From a virus (taxonomy: Duplodnaviria; Caudoviricetes), in the IMG/VR virus record IMGVR_UViG_3300033069_001378, positions 96,001 through 160,000 of that record: a stretch of DNA of 64,000 nt, one strand, 5' to 3'. The position numbers and the translations under genes are program-made. Shown one piece after another: positions 25,330-33,979 of this stretch (position 1 is its first letter; each line of letters opens with the position of its first letter). The notes beneath the pieces are model-generated. The model saw nothing but the letters and a program-made list of their open reading frames with translations. It was not told where the DNA came from and searched no databases.

Positions 25330-25911
25330 TCAGTAAGTCAAAATCTTTGCACGATTTCGTACTACTTCAAGAGTGTGAAGTTCCTTGATAACTCCATCCT
25401 CAAAAACAGTCCCAAGCTTGTCTTCCAGTTGTGGAAGATCGTTTTCATTAACGGTGTGAAAATGTCCATCCACTCCACCAACAAGCTTCATGTGACCCTT
25501 CTTCGACTTCTTGAAAGGTTCATCAACGGGCAGCTTATGTTGAGGATAGATTGTGTATGAACTCAACTGTCCTACGCACACAGAGGCAATGTTGATTCTG
25601 AGATAGGAACGCTCTTCCTTTGTTAGTTCAGGAACCTTCCGAACGTCGATTCTGTTGCCCTCATAGATTCTCAGATTGTCAAGAGACTTTTCATCTACTG
25701 TTTTAAGCCACTTTAGAAGATCGATAATCTCAGAAGATATATCCATTCCAAGGGCAGGCATATCGTATTGAAGAGAAAAACCCATTGAACCGCAAAATGG
25801 TTCAACGAGTCTCTTGGTGCCATCAGGCAAGTCTATTTTTGGAAATTTGGTCTTGTTTCCAGAATACCTAAAAAGCTTTAACGGCTTATCTTTGTTTTTT
25901 TGCTGCTTCAT
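25330..25911 (-). pseudogene. Truncated or chimeric Dam/D12-like DNA adenine methyltransferase
   Basis: FRYSGNKTK, VEPFCGS and GMDIS present; catalytic DPPY motif absent. Confidence 0.6.
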
Positions 25912-25923
25912 TTTGTTTGAGTC

Positions 25924-26292
25924 TCAGTATTTCAGCTCAATTACGTGTCCGACGTCCCAACATACAAGACCAAACAAACTTGTCTGCTTGATATTCAGAA
26001 TTGGCTTGAATCCTTTGTTAGCTTTCCAAGGAAACTTGTCGATGTTGTTCACGTAATCCTTGTGAAGAACCAACGAAGTAGCAAGTCGCTCAAAAGGAAG
26101 ACTTGGGCAAACGTTTAGGTTTGCGTCTAACCCATCGAAATAGAAGACCTTGCCTGGTATGGTCCACATTGCTGTCGAGCTATCAAACTTAGGAGGAGCA
26201 AGCAGAAGATCTGGCTCAAACGAGATTATCAGTCCATTTTTATGGACCATTAGCCACTCCGACGAACTTTGTGATAGCTTCTCGATAGTCAT
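25924..26292 (-). CDS. Hypothetical protein
   Basis: 122-aa ORF. Confidence 0.6.
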   Translation of the reverse strand: MTIEKLSQSSSEWLMVHKNGLIISFEPDLLLAPPKFDSSTAMWTIPGKVFYFDGLDANLNVCPSLPFERLATSLVLHKDYVNNIDKFPWKANKGFKPILNIKQTSLFGLVCWDVGHVIELKY

Positions 26293-26325
26293 GAGACTGT
26301 TTCTATTTTTTTGATGTTGTTTTTT

Positions 26326-26402
26326 TGGTGCGGCAGGTAGGACTCGAACCTACACATTCCGACTTATAAGATCGGGTTCTGCACCACTTGAACTACTGCC
26401 GC
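26326..26402 (-). tRNA. tRNA-Ile(TAT)
   Basis: CCGAT-CTTATAA-GTCGG, CCA. Confidence 0.92.
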
Positions 26403-26445
26403 ATATTGAGAAATCGACTATAGCAGTCAATTTCGAATTTGTAAA

Positions 26446-27105
26446 CTAGGAATGATGGTTTCCGTCTTTGTCCCATGGATCCTTTTGGATTTGTTCCATT
26501 TCGGGACAAGCAATATTTCTCTTAAGTAGTATCTTTGTGACTTCTTCAAGAGAAAAAGGTCGATAGTCTCCTGTGATAAGCTTTGCGTTATCGACTCCTA
26601 CGTCCATCTGTCTCCCGTTTGGACGTTGATCCTCAATACTTGCGTGAGTGTGTCCGTAAAGGTGCATTGCTCCCTTATAGGAATGATGCCATGTATAGAG
26701 AGGAAAGTGAAACAAACAATAAAGCTGTCCATTTTCTCTAAACTCGTAGTAGTCTTTGACCCACTCAACTTTTTCTTTTGTGGAGCCTTGCTTCAAAAGC
26801 TCATCTTGAATAGAACGAAAAGCATCAAAGTTATTATTGCTCTTGTCAAACAGCCACTCATCATGATTTCCACGAATGAATCGGTGTCTTCCATTGAGAC
26901 GCTTGAGAACTTCTACTGCACCTTGAACAGATCGAAAGGTGAAATCCCCTAGATTATAGACAATATCGTCTTTCTTGACGATCTTGTTGTGTTGATAAAT
27001 GAGTTCTTCATTCATTTCATCTGAATTTTGAAATGGTCTATTGCAGTACCTCAAAATGTTGTTGTGGAAATAATGGCAGTCGCTTGAAATATAGATTTTT
27101 GTCAT
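26446..27105 (-). CDS. Calcineurin-like metallophosphoesterase
   Basis: SDCH, LGDF, RGNHD, HFP, GHTH, DVGVD; start MTKIY at 27105. Confidence 0.93.
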   Translation of the reverse strand: MTKIYISSDCHYFHNNILRYCNRPFQNSDEMNEELIYQHNKIVKKDDIVYNLGDFTFRSVQGAVEVLKRLNGRHRFIRGNHDEWLFDKSNNNFDAFRSIQDELLKQGSTKEKVEWVKDYYEFRENGQLYCLFHFPLYTWHHSYKGAMHLYGHTHASIEDQRPNGRQMDVGVDNAKLITGDYRPFSLEEVTKILLKRNIACPEMEQIQKDPWDKDGNHHS

Positions 27106-27114
27106 AGTTGTTAT

Positions 27115-27191
27115 TGGTCTAGGTGACACGATTCGAACATGCAACTTCCCCGACCCAAACGGGGCGCTCTACCAGATTGAGCCACACCTAG
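27115..27191 (-). tRNA. tRNA-Pro(TGG)
   Basis: CCCCG-TTTGGGT-CGGGG, CCA. Confidence 0.94.
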
Positions 27192-27372
27192 ATATTTTGC
27201 CCGATACTGCATATCTGATTTTTTTTCTTTCACAGATATTTGACACCATTGCCATGCTTAAGGGCTTGACGATCAACAGTAGTTTCTCTCATACACTCAG
27301 GCGAATGTATTGACACCGTACTGTTCAAGAGTCACCCCAAATGTCCGGCGAGAAGAATAAGAAAAATGAAAA

Positions 27373-27448
27373 TGGTGGATTCGACAGGACTTGAACCTGC
27401 AACAGCCCGCGTGCAAGGCGGGTACTCTCCCAATTGAGTTACAAACCC
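27373..27448 (-). tRNA. tRNA-Ala(TGC)
   Basis: CCCGC-CTTGCAC-GCGGG, G3-U70 pair, CCA. Confidence 0.95.
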
Positions 27449-27498
27449 ATTGCTAATAGCTTAGTCTAAATATGTCGCAATGTAAACTTTCGCTCGTA

Positions 27499-27759
27499 TC
27501 AACGACAATAATCAAACGTGCAAACATTTCCTGTGCCGTTTGTGTTTCGCTCACAAAACTCCAAAACCAAGACTTGTCCGCATGTACGGTTCCAGCATGA
27601 ATACTCAAAAGTTAGACCTTGAGTATTGTGAGCAACGCATGAGTACATTCTCTGTTGTTGACCAGAGGCACTTGCAGTCTTTGCAATAGGCAAAAAAAGT
27701 AAGCCCAAAGCAAGTACGAAAGCAAACAGAGCGATATTCTTGTTCTTCTTATTCTTCAT
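27499..27759 (-). CDS. Small secreted cysteine-rich protein
   Basis: Signal peptide (KKNK, hydrophobic core, ASA) and six Cys. Confidence 0.75.
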   Translation of the reverse strand: MKNKKNKNIALFAFVLALGLLFLPIAKTASASGQQQRMYSCVAHNTQGLTFEYSCWNRTCGQVLVLEFCERNTNGTGNVCTFDYCR

Positions 27760-27796
27760 TCTTATACCTTAACCGATTGATGATTTTATGTAAACA

Positions 27797-27973
27797 CTAT
27801 TCTACAATTACCCAAAGATTGTCTTCCGGTTCCATTGTCTCAATTGGATGAATCGATCTCCATCCTTGAGGGATTGGCATAGATGCCCAATGCCAAAGCC
27901 ATGATGCATCCGTTACCGAAAGATTAACGCAACCATGGGATCTTCTTGTTCCAAACTGGTCGTGCCAGAATGC
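27797..27973 (-). pseudogene. Displaced 3' end of the L,D-transpeptidase gene (58 codons + stop, no start)
   Basis: Translates AFWHDQFGTRRSHGCVNLSVTDASWLWHWASMPIPQGWRSIHPIETMEPEDNLWVIVE*, collinear with the C-terminus of 28714-29877. Confidence 0.9.
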
Positions 27974-28717
27974 TCAACTCATTTCTAGTGCGGTACGTAA
28001 TTTCGTTTCTATTTCTTCATCAAATCTTATTCTTAGAAGACGAATATTTGATGATAAGCAAAAATCGTCTTTTATGTGATCTCTCGTTCTAATGTTTGCC
28101 AAGTTTTGTTCAGCAGATATTCTTTTGCTATATGACATAGGCACATAATGTTGTCTGCCGTCGTATTCTATACACAAATTGTGGCTTGGCAAGTAAAAAT
28201 CAAATCTGAGTGGCTTCTTTGCCTTGCATTCTTTGAACACTTTTTGTTCAACGTAGTTCAGGTTGAAAGATTCAAGAAGCAACCTTATTTTTCTTTCTCC
28301 TTTTGATTCGTTGCATTTTGGACAACCATGCTTATCTCTTATCAGATTGGTTGGGTGTGCCTCAAATTGAGATTGATGCTTTTGACATATGACTACAACC
28401 TTTGTTTTATCATTTACATACTCTACTTTAGAGTAGTCGTACTTGTCTCCATGCATCTTTACACATTGTTCAATAAAAGTAGCTTGATTTTTTCTTTGAG
28501 AAACTGACATTTTAACTGCTGTGCATTTTTTGCAACCAACACCATTTATATGGTGCCTTGGTTGAATTAAGAATGGTCCATGTGTAGAGCACACAATCTT
28601 TACTTTACTGATTGCACAAGTATAATCAACATTTGAATAGTCATACAAATCACCGTGTTTTTCTTTAGCTCGATGAATGAACTTTTCCGTCGTGTATGAT
28701 TTGTAATTTGTTTTCAT
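27974..28717 (-). mobile_element. Free-standing homing endonuclease gene (two Cys/His repeats + Vsr/DUF559-like nuclease)
   Basis: HGD.YDYS.V.Y...KV...C..H...GC.KC twice; SKGE...FDFYL...IEYDGRQH...RD..K...C...LLRI; ATGA-coupled to the L,D-transpeptidase stop. Confidence 0.85.
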
Positions 28718-29877
28718 TCTACCACAACCCATAAATCATTTGTGTTTGGAGCGACGATAGGGTGTATCGAACGCCAACCAGGCGGTATTTCAATTTCAGA
28801 CCATCTCCATAACCATTCGGCGTCGCGAATGCTTAAGTTTACACATCCATGTGAACGGCGAGAACCAAAGGAATCGTGATAAAATGCTCCATGCAAAGCA
28901 ATAGCTTCATTGAAATACATAACCCAGGGTACGCCTTCAACAGAATACGGATGAGAACCTCCACCAACCATTTGAGTATACGTAATCTTTCTTCTAACTT
29001 GAAAGATTCCCGGTCTTGTTGGGTGACGAGCAGATCCAGAAGAGATCAAAGTTGCAAATGCCAAATGATCATTTCTATCATAGGCAGTTAGCACTTGTTG
29101 AGCTAGATCAACGTGAACCCATTGAGAGCCTCCAGGAACCTCTGTAGGGCGTTGTCTTGCGTAACCGAGTCGTACTGCGTTCCTGTCTTCTATGTAGCCT
29201 GTAGGCACCGTTATGGCTCCTCTAGCGTGCATGTAGAAGTCCACAGGAAACCTTTCGTACCTGTGAACCGTTCTCTGTGTTCCGCGAAGAGAATCTGTTA
29301 ACTGTGTGTCCCGAATTATGAAAAGAAAACCGCCAGCAGGAGGATTTTGCCAACCAGAAAACGTGCTTGGTTCAAAAACGTCCAATAAGTTTAAAGGAAC
29401 CTCTGTTCCGTTTGGTCGAACTAGAGCAGTTGGTGTTCTGTTAATGAAATAGAGTTCATCGCCGTGTCTTAACATTTGCTCTTCGTTGATATCAAAGGCA
29501 TGACGTCCTCTATATTTTGCCCAAATGAAGTTTTGCGGTCCATTTGCAATAAAGTGCGCTTCTCTTGTTCTTGTTGAAATTGGGCTTAAATATGAGAGTC
29601 TTGTGGCACCAAAAGGCACCAACTCTGCCCATGCGTTTCTGTCATCGCAAGAGGGTACGCATCTTGACACTTGCACAATGTCTCCAAAACGCAACAATGC
29701 CACCGAAGGACCGAAGTTGTCCAACGATGGCTTAACAAAAACGTCTTCCCTTGTTGATATCCAAAAATAGGAAGAGGAATTAGTTTGTTGCTCTTGAGAT
29801 AATGCGATGCTTGGAAAACTTAGCGAAGCGAGTAAAACTGCAATCAGAACATAGATTGATTTTGAATTTGTTATCAT
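28714..29877 (-). CDS. Secreted L,D-transpeptidase (YkuD family)
   Basis: Signal peptide; VHVDLAQQVL.AY, ISSG...TRPG.F, ALHGAF.......SHGCVNLS..DA.WL. Confidence 0.93.
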   Translation of the reverse strand: MITNSKSIYVLIAVLLASLSFPSIALSQEQQTNSSSYFWISTREDVFVKPSLDNFGPSVALLRFGDIVQVSRCVPSCDDRNAWAELVPFGATRLSYLSPISTRTREAHFIANGPQNFIWAKYRGRHAFDINEEQMLRHGDELYFINRTPTALVRPNGTEVPLNLLDVFEPSTFSGWQNPPAGGFLFIIRDTQLTDSLRGTQRTVHRYERFPVDFYMHARGAITVPTGYIEDRNAVRLGYARQRPTEVPGGSQWVHVDLAQQVLTAYDRNDHLAFATLISSGSARHPTRPGIFQVRRKITYTQMVGGGSHPYSVEGVPWVMYFNEAIALHGAFYHDSFGSRRSHGCVNLSIRDAEWLWRWSEIEIPPGWRSIHPIVAPNTNDLWVVVE

Positions 29878-29891
29878 ATAGATAACTATTC

Positions 29892-31010
29892 TCAGTTGTA
29901 CTCCGTTACGTTGCCCTTGCGCAAAAGATAATCGTCCGATACAGACTTAAGCTGGATTCGACCAAAAACTCCATCAAAGCGATGAGGATTGTTATCGAAC
30001 GTTACAGTACGCTCAACGACAGGACGAATGACAATGCCCTCACGGATACATGCAGCCTTTCCAGAAACAGTCTCCCTGCCATTGGTGTAAGTGTCTACAG
30101 CAGCCTTAGAGAATGGTCCACGGTAAACAACAGGAACTCGATCAAGCTTGCAAGCACTAAGAAACTGATCAAGCTCTGCATCGCTAAGGAAAGTGCCGCT
30201 CTCTCGTGATCCTGTGAATACGTCGAAAGCACGGAACTTCACCTCACCAGCAGTACAACCGTAAGCAAGATCCTGAACTCCGTTTCCGTAAATCTCACCG
30301 AGAATGAAGACAGGCTCCTTGTTATTGTCTCCAACTGCATCAACAATCTGCTTCTCAAGCTGATTTGCAATTCGGCAGTAAACGTTTCCTACGTTCTCAA
30401 GATGCTTGTGACGGAAGGAAAGACCCGAGGCTCCAAGACCCTTTGAGGAAACGGTAATACGTGAACCCTCTGGAAGATCCTCAAGCCAACTAGGATCATT
30501 AGGCATAACACCGATGCAACAAAAAGTACCGTGAAGCTTCTCACAGAATACAACCTGCTCACCGTCGTTGAAGAGATTCGGAAACTTCTTGAAGTTCTCG
30601 ATATCATACTTCATTGTACGATGCTGACCTGCATTCATGTAATTACCGCGAAGAGCAACAGGAATCTCTGGCTCCCACTTGACAATTCCAAGTGCCTCTG
30701 TAACGTCATCGCCCTCGTTCCAATCAGGACGAGCACGATAGACAAGACCCTGAGACACGATGCCACGAAGCTTTACAGCCTTGACCTTGTTTCCTCCCGG
30801 TCCCGAAAGCTTGTCAACAAGCCCAAGCTCCTCAAGAATGTTCTTGGGAACGAGTGAAGCCTCTGGAATGTAGGCAACAAGATCACCGTCCTTGAACTCT
30901 CCCTTGCGAACGATTGAACGATAATCACCAATTACCGCGAGTTCTAAATTGTCGGCAGCCGAGTGCTTTTCAAGCACAATCTTATATACTTTTACCTGAA
31001 AATTGCTCAT
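29892..31010 (-). CDS. RNA ligase (Rnl2-like/DRB0094 family with N-terminal OB domain)
   Basis: HSAADNLE, V.KGEF..GD.V.YIP, LRGIVSQGL, EKLHGT, GEIYG.GVQ, FDV, REGIVI, LKSVS..YL; start MSNFQ at 31010. Confidence 0.93.
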   Translation of the reverse strand: MSNFQVKVYKIVLEKHSAADNLELAVIGDYRSIVRKGEFKDGDLVAYIPEASLVPKNILEELGLVDKLSGPGGNKVKAVKLRGIVSQGLVYRARPDWNEGDDVTEALGIVKWEPEIPVALRGNYMNAGQHRTMKYDIENFKKFPNLFNDGEQVVFCEKLHGTFCCIGVMPNDPSWLEDLPEGSRITVSSKGLGASGLSFRHKHLENVGNVYCRIANQLEKQIVDAVGDNNKEPVFILGEIYGNGVQDLAYGCTAGEVKFRAFDVFTGSRESGTFLSDAELDQFLSACKLDRVPVVYRGPFSKAAVDTYTNGRETVSGKAACIREGIVIRPVVERTVTFDNNPHRFDGVFGRIQLKSVSDDYLLRKGNVTEYN

Positions 31011-31689
31011 TTTTAAACTCCAGAAATTGTTCCTTGGTATTTTTGCCATATCCATAAATTTTATGGAACCTTAAATGACAAGCTTCACACAAGCAAACGC
31101 CATTGTCAATTGACAGCCGTTGTTCAACGTATATGTCATAACTATTCAAATGATGACTTACTAAAGTCCCAGATTTAGGTGTCAGACAAACCTGGCATTT
31201 AAAGTCGTCTCTTTTTTTAACAGAGAAAAGCCATTCTTTGTATCCGAAAATAAGTCTTCCTTTTTCTCGATCAGCCGTCTGCAAGCTTGCGTTGTAGTTT
31301 GGATTTTTCTCTCCACTGATTGATTTTGCGTATTCTGTTTTTATACATCCACAACTTTGTGTTGTTTTATTGGTTAGCCTTGTTTTAGAAACCACGCAAC
31401 TGTTTCCACAGTCACATAAACACGTCCACCAACTTGTTCGCCATTTATCTTGATGCGAATAAGACTTAACAGTAAGTTTGCAAAATTTTAAACCGACAAA
31501 ATCCTTTATTTTAGGTCCAGTTTTCAGACAACCACAGCTTTTTACTTTGCCATTTACTAGATTGATGGATTTTACAATCTTGTTGTTTCCACAATCACAT
31601 AACGTCATCCATAACCGCTCAGAACGATTATTTTTGCCTGCTTCCTCAAGCACAGTAAGATTTGCAAATTTGGTTCCGATTTCTATCAT
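30982..31689 (-). mobile_element. Free-standing HNH homing endonuclease gene
   Basis: Two G.KF..LTV...W.CLCDCGN...SCGC repeats, then CQVC...HHLNSY...NGVCLCEACH..FH; AT-rich. Confidence 0.88.
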
Positions 31690-31706
31690 ACGATTAAGTA
31701 TGCATC

Positions 31707-31781
31707 CTAATGCAAAATTGCATCGGCATTGGGATGAGGCTCAATCTTAACCGAATAAACCTTGACTACAAAGTTTGACAT
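31707..31781 (-). pseudogene. Displaced 5' end of the RNA ligase gene
   Basis: Translates MSNFVVKVYSVKIEPHPNADAILH* versus ligase start MSNFQVKVYKIVLEKHSAADNLE. Confidence 0.88.
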
Positions 31782-31786
31782 ATCTC

Positions 31787-32212
31787 TTACTTTCTACCTT
31801 CCCACGAAAACGTATTGGTTTCCTTATTCAAGGAAACTCCGCGAACATTGTCGTTATCCGAATATTCATCGTTCAGGATATACATCCAAACAGGCTGATT
31901 TTCAAGCCCTTCAAGCTCAATCTCCGATCGAGTGTAAAACGATCCGTTGCTCTCAAGACGATCAAGTCGTACGAGATCGTCATCATCAACCAAAAAAAGC
32001 TCGCCAGAAACGTGAGATCCATTCAAGTAGCTGAAAAGAACGCCAGGATAGACGTTAAATGAAATCATCCTCCAATCGGGATCCTTGGATCGAAATTCAC
32101 CAAGAAACTCGGAATGCCTCAAAATGAAATTGTTATGGAATCCGCGCTTAAGCGAACCATACACAAAAACGAAATGATAACCGTTGTTGGTGCCATTCGA
32201 CGAATCTGACAT
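31787..32212 (-). CDS. Gamma-glutamylcyclotransferase (AIG2/YtfP family)
   Basis: VFVYGSLKRGFHN, YPG, GEL..V, LDRLE...Y.R, WMY; start MSDSS. Confidence 0.92.
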   Translation of the reverse strand: MSDSSNGTNNGYHFVFVYGSLKRGFHNNFILRHSEFLGEFRSKDPDWRMISFNVYPGVLFSYLNGSHVSGELFLVDDDDLVRLDRLESNGSFYTRSEIELEGLENQPVWMYILNDEYSDNDNVRGVSLNKETNTFSWEGRK

Positions 32213-32216
32213 TGTT

Positions 32217-32360
32217 TCAGACCAATTCCTTGAAAAACTTGACTGCCTTGGCAGTACCAATTACAACCAAAAAGACGAGTGCCGCACCAATTTGAACCGG
32301 CAAAAATGCCAGCGTTCGAACGGGGTGCGACTTGAGGCGGGTGAGAACCTTGTTTGTCAT
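32217..32360 (-). CDS. 47-aa membrane peptide (below the ORF-track cutoff)
   Basis: MTNKVLTRLKSHPVRTLAFLPVQIGAALVFLVVIGTAKAVKFFKELV directly after promoter 32370-32399. Confidence 0.55.
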   Translation of the reverse strand: MTNKVLTRLKSHPVRTLAFLPVQIGAALVFLVVIGTAKAVKFFKELV

Positions 32361-32414
32361 TGTATGTATACAATAACATAGATTACACACAATGTAAACA
32401 GCTATTTTGGAAAA

Positions 32415-33050
32415 TTATCCCTTGTTTTTTACAAGGAAAAACGACGATCCACCAAGTCCAAGCTCTTCCGCGTAAATCTTGGCAAGCTGCGTACGTGCTG
32501 CGCGAGCATAAACTCCAGGCTCCGCAATTTCGTGAAACGAAAATGGACGTGAACCGATGCGAGAGAAGAATTGAGAGAAGTCTCCTGCGATGCTTCCCTG
32601 TACGACTTCCTCTCCCTTGCCTGGATAAGCGTTCTCGCAATCGGAAGTGCCTACAAGAGTAACATCACTACCGCCTCGGTTAGAGAAGAGAATGCTATCT
32701 TGCTCAAAAGCTCCACCAAGCGCAACGAGGTCTTCCTTGAGATTTCCCGAATCTTGAAGATCAACAACAAAGAAACTCTCTTCGCCAACTTCCTTGGCAG
32801 TATCGGAACCATAGTCTTCAACGTATGAACCCTTAACCTTTGTGACTCCGTAACCCTTTGTTCGTAGGATTGCGTAAAGCTTTCTGTTTAGCGCACCCTT
32901 CTCCTCGCGAGTGTATGGAGTACCCTGATTGCAATCCCTGGCAGAACGCCATGCGGTAATGAAACCGCAATCATGCTTTGCCAAGTGTTCGTGGATACGA
33001 GAGATTGAAGATTCTTGAAGAGAAGTTTTGTCGATTACTAGTACGTTCAT
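32415..33050 (-). CDS. Conserved phage protein
   Basis: ESSISRI, GFITAWR, L.TKGYGVTKVKGSYVE, EESFFV, FEQDSILF pattern. Confidence 0.75.
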   Translation of the reverse strand: MNVLVIDKTSLQESSISRIHEHLAKHDCGFITAWRSARDCNQGTPYTREEKGALNRKLYAILRTKGYGVTKVKGSYVEDYGSDTAKEVGEESFFVVDLQDSGNLKEDLVALGGAFEQDSILFSNRGGSDVTLVGTSDCENAYPGKGEEVVQGSIAGDFSQFFSRIGSRPFSFHEIAEPGVYARAARTQLAKIYAEELGLGGSSFFLVKNKG

Positions 33051-33082
33051 ATGGGTAAATACTCTTTCAGGCAGGATTTTTC

Positions 33083-33979
33083 CTAATCCTTCTTGGAGTT
33101 AAAAAGAACCAAGCTTCGATTTCCTCCAACCGACTTCTTGGTGAGGACAGTCTTACCGTCCTTATTCTTCTTCTTCTTGTTGTTGTTCTTCTGAACCTTC
33201 TTGCCCTGATTCCGGGGAACCAACAGAAGAGCCTCATCCTTTGGTGAAAGCTCTACATCAAGAATGTTCTTGCCACGGGGCGAGTGCGAATCGTTATTGT
33301 TGTTCTTGCGATACGCATAACCCTTGTCGAGCAGCAGCGTGTCATTGAGCTTCTTGATAAGAGGATTCTTCTCTTCCTTCTCAGCCTTGCTCACCGCACG
33401 AGCCTGAATCTCACGATAACCAGGCTTAAGCGAGTAAGTGTTGCTGTACCAGAGAGCGCCATTCTCCCAACCGGCAGCCTTGTTCACGAGAGCGATCTTG
33501 CCATCGCCGCGAAGGAAAACCATCTTGTTGATCTGACCAACGCGATTTGCCATCCGAGTAAGCTGATTCTTGTCGAAAAGACTATCGGCACCGTAGACAC
33601 GAAGGGAACCCCGAAGGTGCTTCGCAAACTTAACCGAATCCGACTCCTCTTCATCGGACTTGAGGAACATGAACGTTCCATTGTGCATCATAAAGAGATC
33701 GTGTCCATCAGCCTTGTGAGAAAGAACACGGTGGGGATGGCAGTTGTTCTCGTTGATAGGTCCGCGAGTCCGATACCGAAAATGAATCACGTAGGGAACA
33801 CCATCAAACTTGCCAAGCAGATCAATGATCTCGTCTGCATCGAGGATATCGCGATAGGTCTGGACGCGACCATCCTGTGCCCACATGATCCCAAACCCAT
33901 GCGGGTTGTTCTCGTGAGCAATCCGAATATGATGCTCAGGAACCTTGGATCCGTCCGAGTTATAGATGATTAGACACAT
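33083..33979 (-). CDS. Class II (Ntn) glutamine amidotransferase
   Basis: N-terminal MC, NPHGFG, IHFRYRTRG...NCHP, MHNG, SDS, WYSN. Confidence 0.92.
   Translation of the reverse strand: MCLIIYNSDGSKVPEHHIRIAHENNPHGFGIMWAQDGRVQTYRDILDADEIIDLLGKFDGVPYVIHFRYRTRGPINENNCHPHRVLSHKADGHDLFMMHNGTFMFLKSDEEESDSVKFAKHLRGSLRVYGADSLFDKNQLTRMANRVGQINKMVFLRGDGKIALVNKAAGWENGALWYSNTYSLKPGYREIQARAVSKAEKEEKNPLIKKLNDTLLLDKGYAYRKNNNNDSHSPRGKNILDVELSPKDEALLLVPRNQGKKVQKNNNKKKKNKDGKTVLTKKSVGGNRSLVLFNSKKD

Noticed and set aside
27106-27144. N-terminal extensions in the ORF track (phosphoesterase 27144, also 23042, 31055, 28732, 16767, 12347, 13344, 41264)
   Set aside because: They run into tRNAs, promoters or neighbouring genes; downstream ATGs fit better.
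27974-31706. Group I introns or inteins as the explanation for the two endonuclease insertions
   Set aside because: There is no space for a ribozyme core at the junctions and no in-frame fusion, and the target genes are already complete with replacement ends.
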